From Nitrosopumilus maritimus SCM1 (GTDB lineage Archaea; Thermoproteota; Nitrososphaeria; Nitrososphaerales; Nitrosopumilaceae): DNA of 32,000 bases. Of this stretch, positions 1 through 8,527 are shown in pieces. A program made the translations under genes and the position numbers. Positions within the stretch are counted from its first letter, which is position 1; every line of letters starts with the position of its first letter. The stretch is taken from NCBI RefSeq assembly GCF_000018465.1, contig NC_010085.1, positions 1,410,001 through 1,442,000 on the forward strand, read 5' to 3'. A model generated the notes under the pieces. It ran no database searches. It was not told the DNA's origin and saw nothing but the letters and a program-made list of their open reading frames with translations.

Positions 1-627
1 GGGTTTTGTATAATTTCGTATAATTTCATTTTCGTCAATATATGCAAAAAAAGTTGAATTGGTTAGAATAATTCCTTGTCCATCAGGATCAAGCATAAGA
101 GGATGATTAAGTTCATCTCTAGCAAGAGAATGTTGTATGTCGGGGTTTGAAAAATCAACTCCAGTGTCTATAATTGCAATTACAGTTCCATTTCCTGATG
201 CATTGTAATTGAGTTGTGCATTTTTTGATCCAGTGATTTCGCCAATTCGTGTAGCATCAACTATTTCATTATCAGATGAATGAAAATCTAATTTAGAATC
301 TTCAATTATGTGAATTCCTTGGCTTGCCAATAATGAAGCTGATTTTTCAGATAAAAGTGAAACATAAAAAAATCCATGATCAGATTTTATTCCATATATT
401 GAATTATTTTCTAAGTAATCATAATTTTGAGTGTTTGTTCCAAAAATCAAATAACGTTTAAAATGATTTTCTACAAAAAAATTTGAATCAACATCAATTA
501 TTTGAGAAGTAAATTCAATCGTTTGGGAATTATCTTGTAGGTATACATCATCACCAGTAAATGCATACGAATTTGCCAAAAAACTAGATAAAAGAAGGAT
601 TGAAAAGAAAATAGCCGCCTTGGGCAT
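1..627 (-). CDS. Subtilisin-like (S8 family) serine protease, N-terminal part; C-terminus lies beyond the left edge
   Basis: Hand translation of the minus strand from ATG at 627 gives MPKAAIFFSILLLSSFLANSYAFTGDDVYLQ... (signal peptide) and ...NASGNGTVIAIIDTGVDFSNPDIQHSL..., the Asp-box of the subtilase catalytic triad. Open to the window edge, so missing from the ORF track. Confidence 0.85.
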   Translation of the reverse strand, partial: MPKAAIFFSILLLSSFLANSYAFTGDDVYLQDNSQTIEFTSQIIDVDSNFFVENHFKRYLIFGTNTQNYDYLENNSIYGIKSDHGFFYVSLLSEKSASLLASQGIHIIEDSKLDFHSSDNEIVDATRIGEITGSKNAQLNYNASGNGTVIAIIDTGVDFSNPDIQHSLARDELNHPLMLDPDGQGIILTNSTFFAYIDENEIIRNYTKP

Positions 628-658
628 CAAATAATTTTTGCATCTAACATTATTATAA

Positions 659-1663
659 CTATCTTCTTCGTGCCAAAATTGCAATCTGTAATGCAACTAT
701 GATTCCAATAGATGCTATGATTGGAAACAATAATGAGTTTAATTGTGATGAGGCCTCACTGATAAATTCTACAGAGGTAGAAATGGTACCAGTACTTTCA
801 TCAATTTTACTACTTGCAGTTTCCAGAGTGTTATCAAATCCTTCAATTTCAGATTTTAAAACATCCAGTTCTTTTGATGTATCATCTAAAATTGTATTTA
901 GACGAATTATTTGTTCAGATATTCCACCCAAATCCTGACTTAAGACATTTGTTGCAGCAGAACCGTGAGATGTAGTTCCCTGGCTAAATGCTATAACGTG
1001 AAAGACATGAGTACCTTCTTCAATCGGAGTGTAATCTACATAGTATAATCCTTGATGGAGAGCTTTGAATGAACTAGTTAATGTTACAGTCATACCTGAA
1101 GGTAAATGAACATGTGTGTTTCCCAATAATTCTTTGATTCCTGCTTCATTTCCTATCAACAATCCATCGCTTGTTGTTTGTACAAATACTCGAATTGGCT
1201 GGTTTATTGCAGCAGTTTCAGGTGCAAAAACTAGTGTATTGACATGTCTTTCAACAGGGACATCAACAAGATCAGTGGTGGACGAAAATTTTACATCAAT
1301 TGTTTTGGAAATTCCATTTTGTGCAGTACTAATTACTTCAACAGTGTATGTGCCGTAAGGTAAGTTGGATGAAGGTTGCGGCCATGTCAATAAAGAATGA
1401 TTGTAAGAACCATCAGCATTAGTAGTTAATTGATCAAATTTTGCAATTGTTTCATCAGGTGCAAATAATCTTAAAATTAAATTTTCTTCAGGCAAACCAG
1501 TTCCATATATTTGAAGATTGTGAGATGGTGCATAGACTTTACTATTTGTATACAAACTTAGCCCTACAAATTCATCATCTGTTGTATCAAATTGGGCATA
1601 AGAATTAGGAATTTGAATTATTAGTAATATAGTAAAAAATAGAAACAAAATATTTAATTTCAT
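659..1663 (-). CDS. Secreted, membrane-anchored protein of unknown function (signal peptide, beta-rich extracellular region, predicted coiled coil, C-terminal TM helix)
   Basis: ORF 334 aa; N-terminal MKLNILFLFFTILLIIQIPNSYAQ signal; C-terminal LLFPIIASIGIIVALQIAILARRR TM followed by positive charges; heptad-like region ISEQIIRLNTILDDTSKELDVLKSEIEGFDNTLETASSKI. Confidence 0.7.
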   Translation of the reverse strand: MKLNILFLFFTILLIIQIPNSYAQFDTTDDEFVGLSLYTNSKVYAPSHNLQIYGTGLPEENLILRLFAPDETIAKFDQLTTNADGSYNHSLLTWPQPSSNLPYGTYTVEVISTAQNGISKTIDVKFSSTTDLVDVPVERHVNTLVFAPETAAINQPIRVFVQTTSDGLLIGNEAGIKELLGNTHVHLPSGMTVTLTSSFKALHQGLYYVDYTPIEEGTHVFHVIAFSQGTTSHGSAATNVLSQDLGGISEQIIRLNTILDDTSKELDVLKSEIEGFDNTLETASSKIDESTGTISTSVEFISEASSQLNSLLFPIIASIGIIVALQIAILARRR

Positions 1664-1737
1664 TTTAATTAATTGCAGAACTTCTCCTAGATATTACTTC
1701 TGGAAAAATTGTCTATAACTTTCGTTAAGAGGGATTC

Positions 1738-1753
1738 AAAAAAAAGAAAAAAA
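1738..1753 (-). terminator. Candidate U-rich archaeal terminator downstream of the S-layer gene
   Basis: On the minus strand the tract reads TTTTTTTCTTTTTTTT about 20 nt after the 1775 stop of the 1734-aa ORF. Confidence 0.5.
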
Positions 1754-1774
1754 GGATAGTGTGAACTAGTTTTT

Positions 1775-4700
1775 CTAACTTACGTTGACAGTTGTACTAA
1801 CTGGTGGTGATAATGCCGTAGGATTATCAACAGACTCCCAAACGAATGCAGTAGCAGTGTATGTTCCTGCTTCAGTTGGAATCCATGATAAAGCTGGGCT
1901 GAATGATTGACCGCTAGATAGTGAACCTGTAATCCATGCTAGTGAGACTGTAACACCGTTTGCATCCTGAATCTGTACCAAGTATGCAAATGATTGCTCT
2001 CTATCCTGACCATTTGCTAAGTCAGCGCTGATTTGTACCTGTTGGTCAACGGAAACAGAATCTAAGCTGTTACCGAATGCGTCAACGGTTCTCAAGTTAG
2101 CAGCTGGTGCTCTCTCGAGAGGTGGTACTACAGTGCCAATTAGTGAAGTGGCAGTAATATCAAGTTCATCTGCAGTTGTGTATGGATCAGGTAGTGTATT
2201 GTCCTCATATTCTGCAGTGACTGTGTCACCTTCTGAAACTCTGAGTCTGTGACCAGATGATTCATCAAGGGTTGTGAAGAACACAGTTCCCTCAAAGATT
2301 CCGGTTGCCTCATTAGTCTCAGTTACAGTAAGATCAATACCTCCGGCATCGGAGTCAGACCATACGTCGACTTCGAAGTTGTCGACTGCTTCTGGATCTA
2401 AGTTCATGTCTGGATCAATTACTCTTACAACACCTGTTCCGCTAGCTGGATAGCTTGCCTCAAGCCATTGGACTTCACCGATGTTCCATCTAATGAGGGC
2501 AGAACCTACAATTGTCTCATCTTCAGAGAATTCGAAGGAGACAGTAAGTCCGTCATCATCGTCAGTGGCCAAGAGACCATCTGTTGGACCGCTACCAGAA
2601 GTGGTACCGGTTGCATCGCCAGTATTTCCATCACCATCAGCATCATGGGCAGTAAATCCTGTGAGGATTACTTCACCAGTAAAGATACCTGTGTCAGTAC
2701 CAGTCTCGACGAGTTTGTAGTTGTCAAGATCAAATCCTCTGGTAGAGACCTTAATTGGGTCACTGTCAGTTTCTCCGATTTCGTCAACTAGGTCACTGTC
2801 AAAGTTGTGATCTGGTGCGACAATAGTGATGTATACTTTGTCAGTCCAAGAGTATACTTTTTGGTCAAGTTCTACAGTTGCTCCGAAGTTTGAAGTGTAG
2901 ATTGTCAAGTTGACATCTTCATCTTCATCTCCTACATAATCAGATCCGGATGGACCCCAGTCAGTATACTCTAGGATGATTTCCTCACCTCTTTCTAATT
3001 TGTCATTAGAAAGTGATTCTGGAATTTCGATGACGATCTGGAAGATACCAGTAGAGTCACCTGTTTCTCTAAAGTCAGTTGGTTCTGGGTCAAATGCAGC
3101 TGCTGCGCCGGTTACACCTTTGTTACCCATGGTAGTGGTGGCGGCATCAGAGTCCCATTCGATCAAGTCCAAGTCATAGGTCTCAGCACTGTCATTGTCA
3201 AGATCAAAGTCTGGCTCAATGAGTGTTAAGATCATGTCTGAACCGATAATGTATACGGATTTGTCAGATTGTAATACACCGTTTCTTAGGTCAAATGTTG
3301 CAGAATCAGTAACAGTATTTGCATCACCAGATGCGTCAGCTGGATCAGTGTATTCTACTTGGAGAATATCTCCTTGTAAGATACAGTATTCTTGACCAGA
3401 TGCTGCACCGTCGTCAAATCTGTTAGTGTCAGCCTTACCAGTAGTACCGTCTAATGCGGTATAGAGGGTGTCATGGCTGTTACATTGTGCTGATGCTGGA
3501 CCGTCAGTGAATTTGATGTTTACATCCAGTTCGAAAATACCTGCATCTGGTGCGATTTCGTCCATTTCACCGAAGCTTCTGATGTTTGAGATGGTTCCAT
3601 TGTTACCACCAACATCAATCTTTCCGGTTCTTTCAGAAGCGCCTGCATAGCCGAGAACTACACTATCAGAACCTCTGATAACAGAGATTTTGAGTGCATT
3701 ATCTTGGTCCATTGCATCTTCACCAGCTGGGTTTTCATCAAAGTCTGGATCGTTAATTCTGACGTGGATAGTTAGATCTCCTGTAGGTAATTCTTCAGTG
3801 GAATCAATAGTACTAGTGATTCCAGTTGCGTGAATTGGGAATACTGATCTTCCATTTGGTGCTGCGTTAGCGGCTTTTGAAGAATCTGCTATTGTACCAA
3901 ATGGTACTGGATAGACAGTTCTATCAAGGCTAACGGAACCGGTGTTTGCTCTAACACCTGCTGAGTCGCCGACTTCGACGATTTCACCAGATGCATCTCT
4001 GAAGTCAACATAGTTAACTTCGATATCGAGTCCGGTTGTTGTTTCTTCGTCACCTGCGTAGGTATATGGTGTTGTTGTAGTGTCAGAGACTCTACACCAA
4101 AATGATGGGATTTGGAAATCACCAACAAATACACCAGTTGCTGCGCCGGTTTCAACTAGAGTGAATCCAGTTGCTCCAAGTCCGGTATCAGTAATTCCTG
4201 CATTGCTAAGTTCAGTGGAACATGTGTCACTGTCATTACCAGTTGCAGTATTGTTTGCACCGTCAGGAGTTGACCAGATAACATCATCAAATGTAACATC
4301 TAATAATCTACCGAGTTCACCAAAGCTCAAAGATTGAGTTGTGGCAGAACCAACGGCGTCATCTGTTGCTTTTGAATTATCAGAAACAACAGTAAAGATG
4401 TCAATAAGATCAGAATCTACGTTAAGATCTAAGTCTTCTACAGTTATTACTACAGTGTCAGCAATCTTGTATGAATCAGCGTTTAGAGATACAACACCAG
4501 AGTGGCTTGGAGCCTCTTCTTGGTCAGATACAGGAGTTGTTACACCATCTGCACCTAAGTCATTATAGTTGACTCTTGGTGCATCTTCGTCAGTAAGATC
4601 CTCAATTACAATGAATGATGGATCATCTGCGATTGGTGTGATACCACTAAAGGTACCAGCATCCTGTATGTTAATTTGGTTAACCATGACATACTCAAGT

Positions 4701-6979
4701 GAACCTTCAAAGGTACTTGTGTTATCACCTGTTTCTTCAGCTTCAATTCTGATTATTTGGTTTGCAAATCTTTCAGAAGATTGCACACCATCATCAGTGA
4801 AACCAAATGAGAAGAAGTCCATGACGATTACTTCTTTGGCGGCGAGGTCGCCGACACCTGTGAAGTACATTGCAAATCCGATGTTTACGTTACTATCAGT
4901 ATTGGTAGATCCGTAAACTGCATCAGATACTGCATTGGTCAAATCAACGTAAGCCTGTGAATTAGTTGAATTGCTGACTAACAATATTGCATTGTTTTTG
5001 TCAACATTTCTTGTATCGTTGTTAACCCATGGGAGAATATTTCCTGTGGTGTTAAGCAATGCGATACTTACTGTATCTGCACCTAATGATCTAACATCAT
5101 AGTTAAAGAAGTTAAAACCGACTGCGGTGTTATCTTCATCAACTACAGTTTCTTTTAGGGTTTCCAATGTTGCACTACCGAGATCAATGATTGCAAAGTC
5201 AACATCAAAGTTTGCTGAACTATTGGCAGTCTGTGCAGAGATTAATCTCTTACTGAATGTATCAATAGATTCAGTTGAAGTGATGTTGGTTGCGCTGGAA
5301 AATCTAGTTACATTGATGTTGAGTGTAAAGTTACCTACTTGACCTGCTGAGGTGTTGTTTATTGCACCTGTATCAAAGATGCTATCATCACCATTTGTAC
5401 CATTGGTAAAGATCAAGCTAGGGGTTCCACCCTCATCGATAGTAAATGGATCACCAGTACGGAGTGCTGGAATCAGGGTTACGTCTGGGTTGTTTAAGTC
5501 TAAGTCTTCATCTGCTCTGCTGTTTTTGTTTTGATCAGCATCAACGATGACTACTGGAATCTCTTGTCCAGAGGTCCATTCATCAGTCACTGGCTGAATA
5601 TCAATACTAGCAAAGGAGAATCCTACAAGGATAGTTTGAGGTGTTTCATTGTAATCGAGTGATGCAGAGGTTCCCCTCTTTGCATTATCTGTAATCTTTA
5701 GTACTGACTTGTCAGACTCGTCATAAGTACCAAAGACACCACTGTTTGGACCTTGTTCGGTGATGGTAACTGGGATGGAACCTGTACCTAACTTGGCTGT
5801 CTCTGTTGAAATACCAAATGCAGATGCATTATTTGCATTAGTATTTGAAGAGGCATTAAGTTGGGTAAGGATTGAATCGCCGTTATCCTGAATTGTCACA
5901 ACTGGTGTGCCAGAGCTTTGTGCATCGACATCTAATGTTAATACACAATTGTCCTCACACATCAAGCTGGACAATGTTGTTCTCAGGGTTAATGCGCTTC
6001 CACCGGAAGCACCGTTTTCATCGAATACTTGGTAAAATGTATCAACGTTGAAGGATGATGTAGTATTCTTCGTGTTGGTAGCAAATGTCCAAGAGTCTTC
6101 ATCAGTTGGGTCAATGTTTAACCATAAGTCAGTAATTGTTGCGTGAACTTGTGATACTCTTGGGAATACAGTTCTATCTAAACTCAATTCGGCAAATTGA
6201 TCAACAGTATCAAAAGTAAGTGTTGTTGATTGAACACCACCACCTTTGTTGTACTGTACGACAACGTTACCTGTTGGGTTTAATTCATAGAGCTGAATGA
6301 AAGGCCAGTTTGGACCGCTATTAGCTGTACCATTTTTTAGACCGATTTGGCCTACACTGACACTACCAGATGCTGCTACAGGATCTTTGGCTTCTCTTAC
6401 AACGTTAATTGTACCATTAGCAGTTGATGCATCAAGTGTATTTGCTGCACATGTGGTAGTAATTGCACCACCACTGCTGCTACCGGTTTGTGTACCGTTA
6501 CCAGTTGCTGTTGCATTTGCAATAGTAATTGGAATTGCGATACCATCTGTTTCAGTTGTTGAGAATCCTAAGGCTGCTGTACCAGATGATGATGCACAAA
6601 AGACACCAAAGTCCAATCCAGAATCTGCTGTTGTAGCAGTAGAGTCTGCAATTTGGGCTTGGTCTCTGTCTGCAAAGTAACCATACCAGTTACCATCAAC
6701 TGCTTGGACCATTCTCAGGACCTTACCGTTAACGGTTACGTCTGGTTCACCTTTTGCCTCATCTGTATCATTGATGTCACTATCAATTACGACGACCTCA
6801 ATTACTTGAGGTCCTGACATGTAGTTATCAAACTGTGAGTTTTCTGCGGAAACAAATAGGTTGGCGTTGGCGGCCATTGCTTCAGGCATTACACCTGGAA
6901 TTGCAAAGGTAAGTCCACCTGCAACCATAATTGTCATTAATGTAAGACTAGTTATTTTACGTCCTATTTCGTTATTCAT
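1775..6979 (-). CDS. Major S-layer protein (1734 aa)
   Basis: Signal peptide MNNEIGRKITSLTLMTIMVAGGLTFAIPGVMPEAMA; very long, Thr/Asp-rich, Cys-poor protein with repeated beta-sandwich-like units (e.g. VSLDRTVYPVPFG, VELDQKVYSWTDKVYITIVAPDHNFDSDLVDEIG); length and sequence style match the Nitrosopumilus S-layer protein. Confidence 0.92.
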   Translation of the reverse strand: MNNEIGRKITSLTLMTIMVAGGLTFAIPGVMPEAMAANANLFVSAENSQFDNYMSGPQVIEVVVIDSDINDTDEAKGEPDVTVNGKVLRMVQAVDGNWYGYFADRDQAQIADSTATTADSGLDFGVFCASSSGTAALGFSTTETDGIAIPITIANATATGNGTQTGSSSGGAITTTCAANTLDASTANGTINVVREAKDPVAASGSVSVGQIGLKNGTANSGPNWPFIQLYELNPTGNVVVQYNKGGGVQSTTLTFDTVDQFAELSLDRTVFPRVSQVHATITDLWLNIDPTDEDSWTFATNTKNTTSSFNVDTFYQVFDENGASGGSALTLRTTLSSLMCEDNCVLTLDVDAQSSGTPVVTIQDNGDSILTQLNASSNTNANNASAFGISTETAKLGTGSIPVTITEQGPNSGVFGTYDESDKSVLKITDNAKRGTSASLDYNETPQTILVGFSFASIDIQPVTDEWTSGQEIPVVIVDADQNKNSRADEDLDLNNPDVTLIPALRTGDPFTIDEGGTPSLIFTNGTNGDDSIFDTGAINNTSAGQVGNFTLNINVTRFSSATNITSTESIDTFSKRLISAQTANSSANFDVDFAIIDLGSATLETLKETVVDEDNTAVGFNFFNYDVRSLGADTVSIALLNTTGNILPWVNNDTRNVDKNNAILLVSNSTNSQAYVDLTNAVSDAVYGSTNTDSNVNIGFAMYFTGVGDLAAKEVIVMDFFSFGFTDDGVQSSERFANQIIRIEAEETGDNTSTFEGSLEYVMVNQINIQDAGTFSGITPIADDPSFIVIEDLTDEDAPRVNYNDLGADGVTTPVSDQEEAPSHSGVVSLNADSYKIADTVVITVEDLDLNVDSDLIDIFTVVSDNSKATDDAVGSATTQSLSFGELGRLLDVTFDDVIWSTPDGANNTATGNDSDTCSTELSNAGITDTGLGATGFTLVETGAATGVFVGDFQIPSFWCRVSDTTTTPYTYAGDEETTTGLDIEVNYVDFRDASGEIVEVGDSAGVRANTGSVSLDRTVYPVPFGTIADSSKAANAAPNGRSVFPIHATGITSTIDSTEELPTGDLTIHVRINDPDFDENPAGEDAMDQDNALKISVIRGSDSVVLGYAGASERTGKIDVGGNNGTISNIRSFGEMDEIAPDAGIFELDVNIKFTDGPASAQCNSHDTLYTALDGTTGKADTNRFDDGAASGQEYCILQGDILQVEYTDPADASGDANTVTDSATFDLRNGVLQSDKSVYIIGSDMILTLIEPDFDLDNDSAETYDLDLIEWDSDAATTTMGNKGVTGAAAAFDPEPTDFRETGDSTGIFQIVIEIPESLSNDKLERGEEIILEYTDWGPSGSDYVGDEDEDVNLTIYTSNFGATVELDQKVYSWTDKVYITIVAPDHNFDSDLVDEIGETDSDPIKVSTRGFDLDNYKLVETGTDTGIFTGEVILTGFTAHDADGDGNTGDATGTTSGSGPTDGLLATDDDDGLTVSFEFSEDETIVGSALIRWNIGEVQWLEASYPASGTGVVRVIDPDMNLDPEAVDNFEVDVWSDSDAGGIDLTVTETNEATGIFEGTVFFTTLDESSGHRLRVSEGDTVTAEYEDNTLPDPYTTADELDITATSLIGTVVPPLERAPAANLRTVDAFGNSLDSVSVDQQVQISADLANGQDREQSFAYLVQIQDANGVTVSLAWITGSLSSGQSFSPALSWIPTEAGTYTATAFVWESVDNPTALSPPVSTTVNVS

Positions 6980-7006
6980 GTTATTGTAATTTTTTCTTCA
7001 AAGTTA

Positions 7007-7014
7007 GTATTTAA
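7007..7014 (-). promoter_or_regulatory. Candidate box A (TATA) of the S-layer gene
   Basis: Minus-strand TTAAATAC in CGGTTAAATACTAAC, centred about 32 nt upstream of the ATG at 6979, compatible with a very short leader. Confidence 0.45.
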
Positions 7015-7020
7015 CCGTAA

Positions 7021-7035
7021 TGGACGAATTGTCCA
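7021..7035. promoter_or_regulatory. Inverted repeat TGGAC-GAATT-GTCCA immediately upstream of the candidate S-layer box A
   Basis: Exact 5-bp arms TGGAC/GTCCA separated by 5 nt, 6-7 bp upstream of the TATA-like element. Confidence 0.4.
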
Positions 7036-7195
7036 CAATTTTCCAAAAAATTGAAATTATTTTATTGATTTTTGATTATTGGTATAATTTCTATATTATT
7101 TGATTATAAAAATCATACTTTATTCCTAAAATATAATTATGATCGTTATATTTTTCAAAATTTTTACGTTATTCATGAAATTTTTATAACATATT

Positions 7196-8527
7196 TTATG
7201 CCTTGATCTCTTTACCTAAGAGGCAATTATACAAAGAAATTGCATCATCCTCATCTTTTGGTCCAACAACTACTGCAGACCCCTTTTTCATAAAACTTAC
7301 AGACAAATCATTTGTTCGCATTGACAACCCCAAGTCACCCTGGTTATCTACAAGAAATCCTTTTTGTTTTGCAATGTTAGTAACTGCATCAACATCAAGT
7401 TCAAAAGTATCAGTTGGAGTAATAGAGTAAGTTCTCTTTCCTCTATTTCTTCCACACAATTCTTCTAAAATTAATTCTTCTTTTTGTACAACTTCAAGTT
7501 TCCCTGTTCCACAAATTGGACATTCGTCAGCTCTGAATGTTCTAGTACTATTGAAATCAAGACTTTCTAAATCAATATGTAAAATTCTTTCAGATAGATT
7601 TGGTTTTTTTCCAAGAATTATTTTTACAGCTTCTGCAACTTCAATTGCACCAACAATAGAAAGTATAGGGGGGTGAACACCTTCAATACTACATGTTGGC
7701 ATTGTATCTTCGTTTAATTCAGGAAACATGCAAAAGTAACATGCGCTTTCTTTTGGCAATACAGTAAATGCTTGTCCAGATGTTCCAACTGCAGCGCCAG
7801 TAACAAATGGAATATTGTATTTTACACATGCTTTGTTTAGTGCATATCTAGCATTAACACTATCAAGTGCATCAATTACAACATCACATCCTTCAACAAC
7901 TTCTAATGCAGTATAATCATTTATTGAAACAGCTAGAGCTTCAATTTTACAATCAGGGTTTAGTTTCTGTAATTTTTTTGCAGCTACTTCTACTTTAACC
8001 TGACCAACATCGTCTTCATCAAACATTATTTGTCTATGTAAGTTTGATAGTTCAATTACATCCCTATCAATAATTCGTAAATTTCCAACTCCCATTGTAG
8101 CTAGTCTAGAAATTATTGGATGTCCTAAACCTCCAGTTCCAACAACACACACTTTAGCATTTTTTAATTTTAATTGTCCACCATATCCAATCTCTTCAAG
8201 CATAACTTGTCTTGAAAATTTGTCAAGTTCTTTTGGAGAAAGTTCTTCAGAGCCACCAGCAACTGCAGGTAAAATATAGATTTCATCTCCATCTTTTAGA
8301 GCAGTTTCCATTCCAGAAGAAAATTTAGCATTTTTACCATTAATGTAAATATTAATCAATGAACGAGGAGTTCCATCACCTTCCAACACGCGTCTCTTAA
8401 AATCATCACCCATTTGTTCAGAGATTTTTGTAAATACATCTTGTAAGGAATCAGCTGGAATCTCTATCTTTTTTTCTCCTCCACCGTGATTTAACACAGA
8501 TGGAATTGTAAATGTGATATTTGCCAT
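7196..8527 (-). CDS. Fusion of N-terminal ubiquitin-like sulfur-carrier domain (MoaD/ThiS-like, internal GG) with E1-like adenylyltransferase (ThiF/MoeB family)
   Basis: 443 aa; N-terminal beta-grasp-like ...NIYINGKNAKFSSGMETALKDGDEIYILPAVAGG, then E1 Rossmann motif VCVVGTGGLGHPIISRLATMGVGNLRIIDRDVIELSNLHRQ, zinc CYFC...CPIC and putative catalytic Cys in TMPTCSIEGVHPP. Confidence 0.9.
   Translation of the reverse strand: MANITFTIPSVLNHGGGEKKIEIPADSLQDVFTKISEQMGDDFKRRVLEGDGTPRSLINIYINGKNAKFSSGMETALKDGDEIYILPAVAGGSEELSPKELDKFSRQVMLEEIGYGGQLKLKNAKVCVVGTGGLGHPIISRLATMGVGNLRIIDRDVIELSNLHRQIMFDEDDVGQVKVEVAAKKLQKLNPDCKIEALAVSINDYTALEVVEGCDVVIDALDSVNARYALNKACVKYNIPFVTGAAVGTSGQAFTVLPKESACYFCMFPELNEDTMPTCSIEGVHPPILSIVGAIEVAEAVKIILGKKPNLSERILHIDLESLDFNSTRTFRADECPICGTGKLEVVQKEELILEELCGRNRGKRTYSITPTDTFELDVDAVTNIAKQKGFLVDNQGDLGLSMRTNDLSVSFMKKGSAVVVGPKDEDDAISLYNCLLGKEIKA

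Noticed and set aside
2468-6680. Multiple plus-strand ORFs of 60-127 aa opposite the S-layer gene (e.g. 2468..2791, 4569..4916, 6297..6680)
   Set aside because: Their translations are low-complexity Ser/Val/Pro-rich mirrors of the S-layer coding sequence; no signals or independent support. Treated as shadow ORFs.
7036-7195. AT-rich 160-bp region upstream of the S-layer promoter as a possible ncRNA or small ORF
   Set aside because: No stable GC-containing stem or ORF of convincing length. More simply the terminator region of the MoaD-E1 gene plus promoter upstream sequence.
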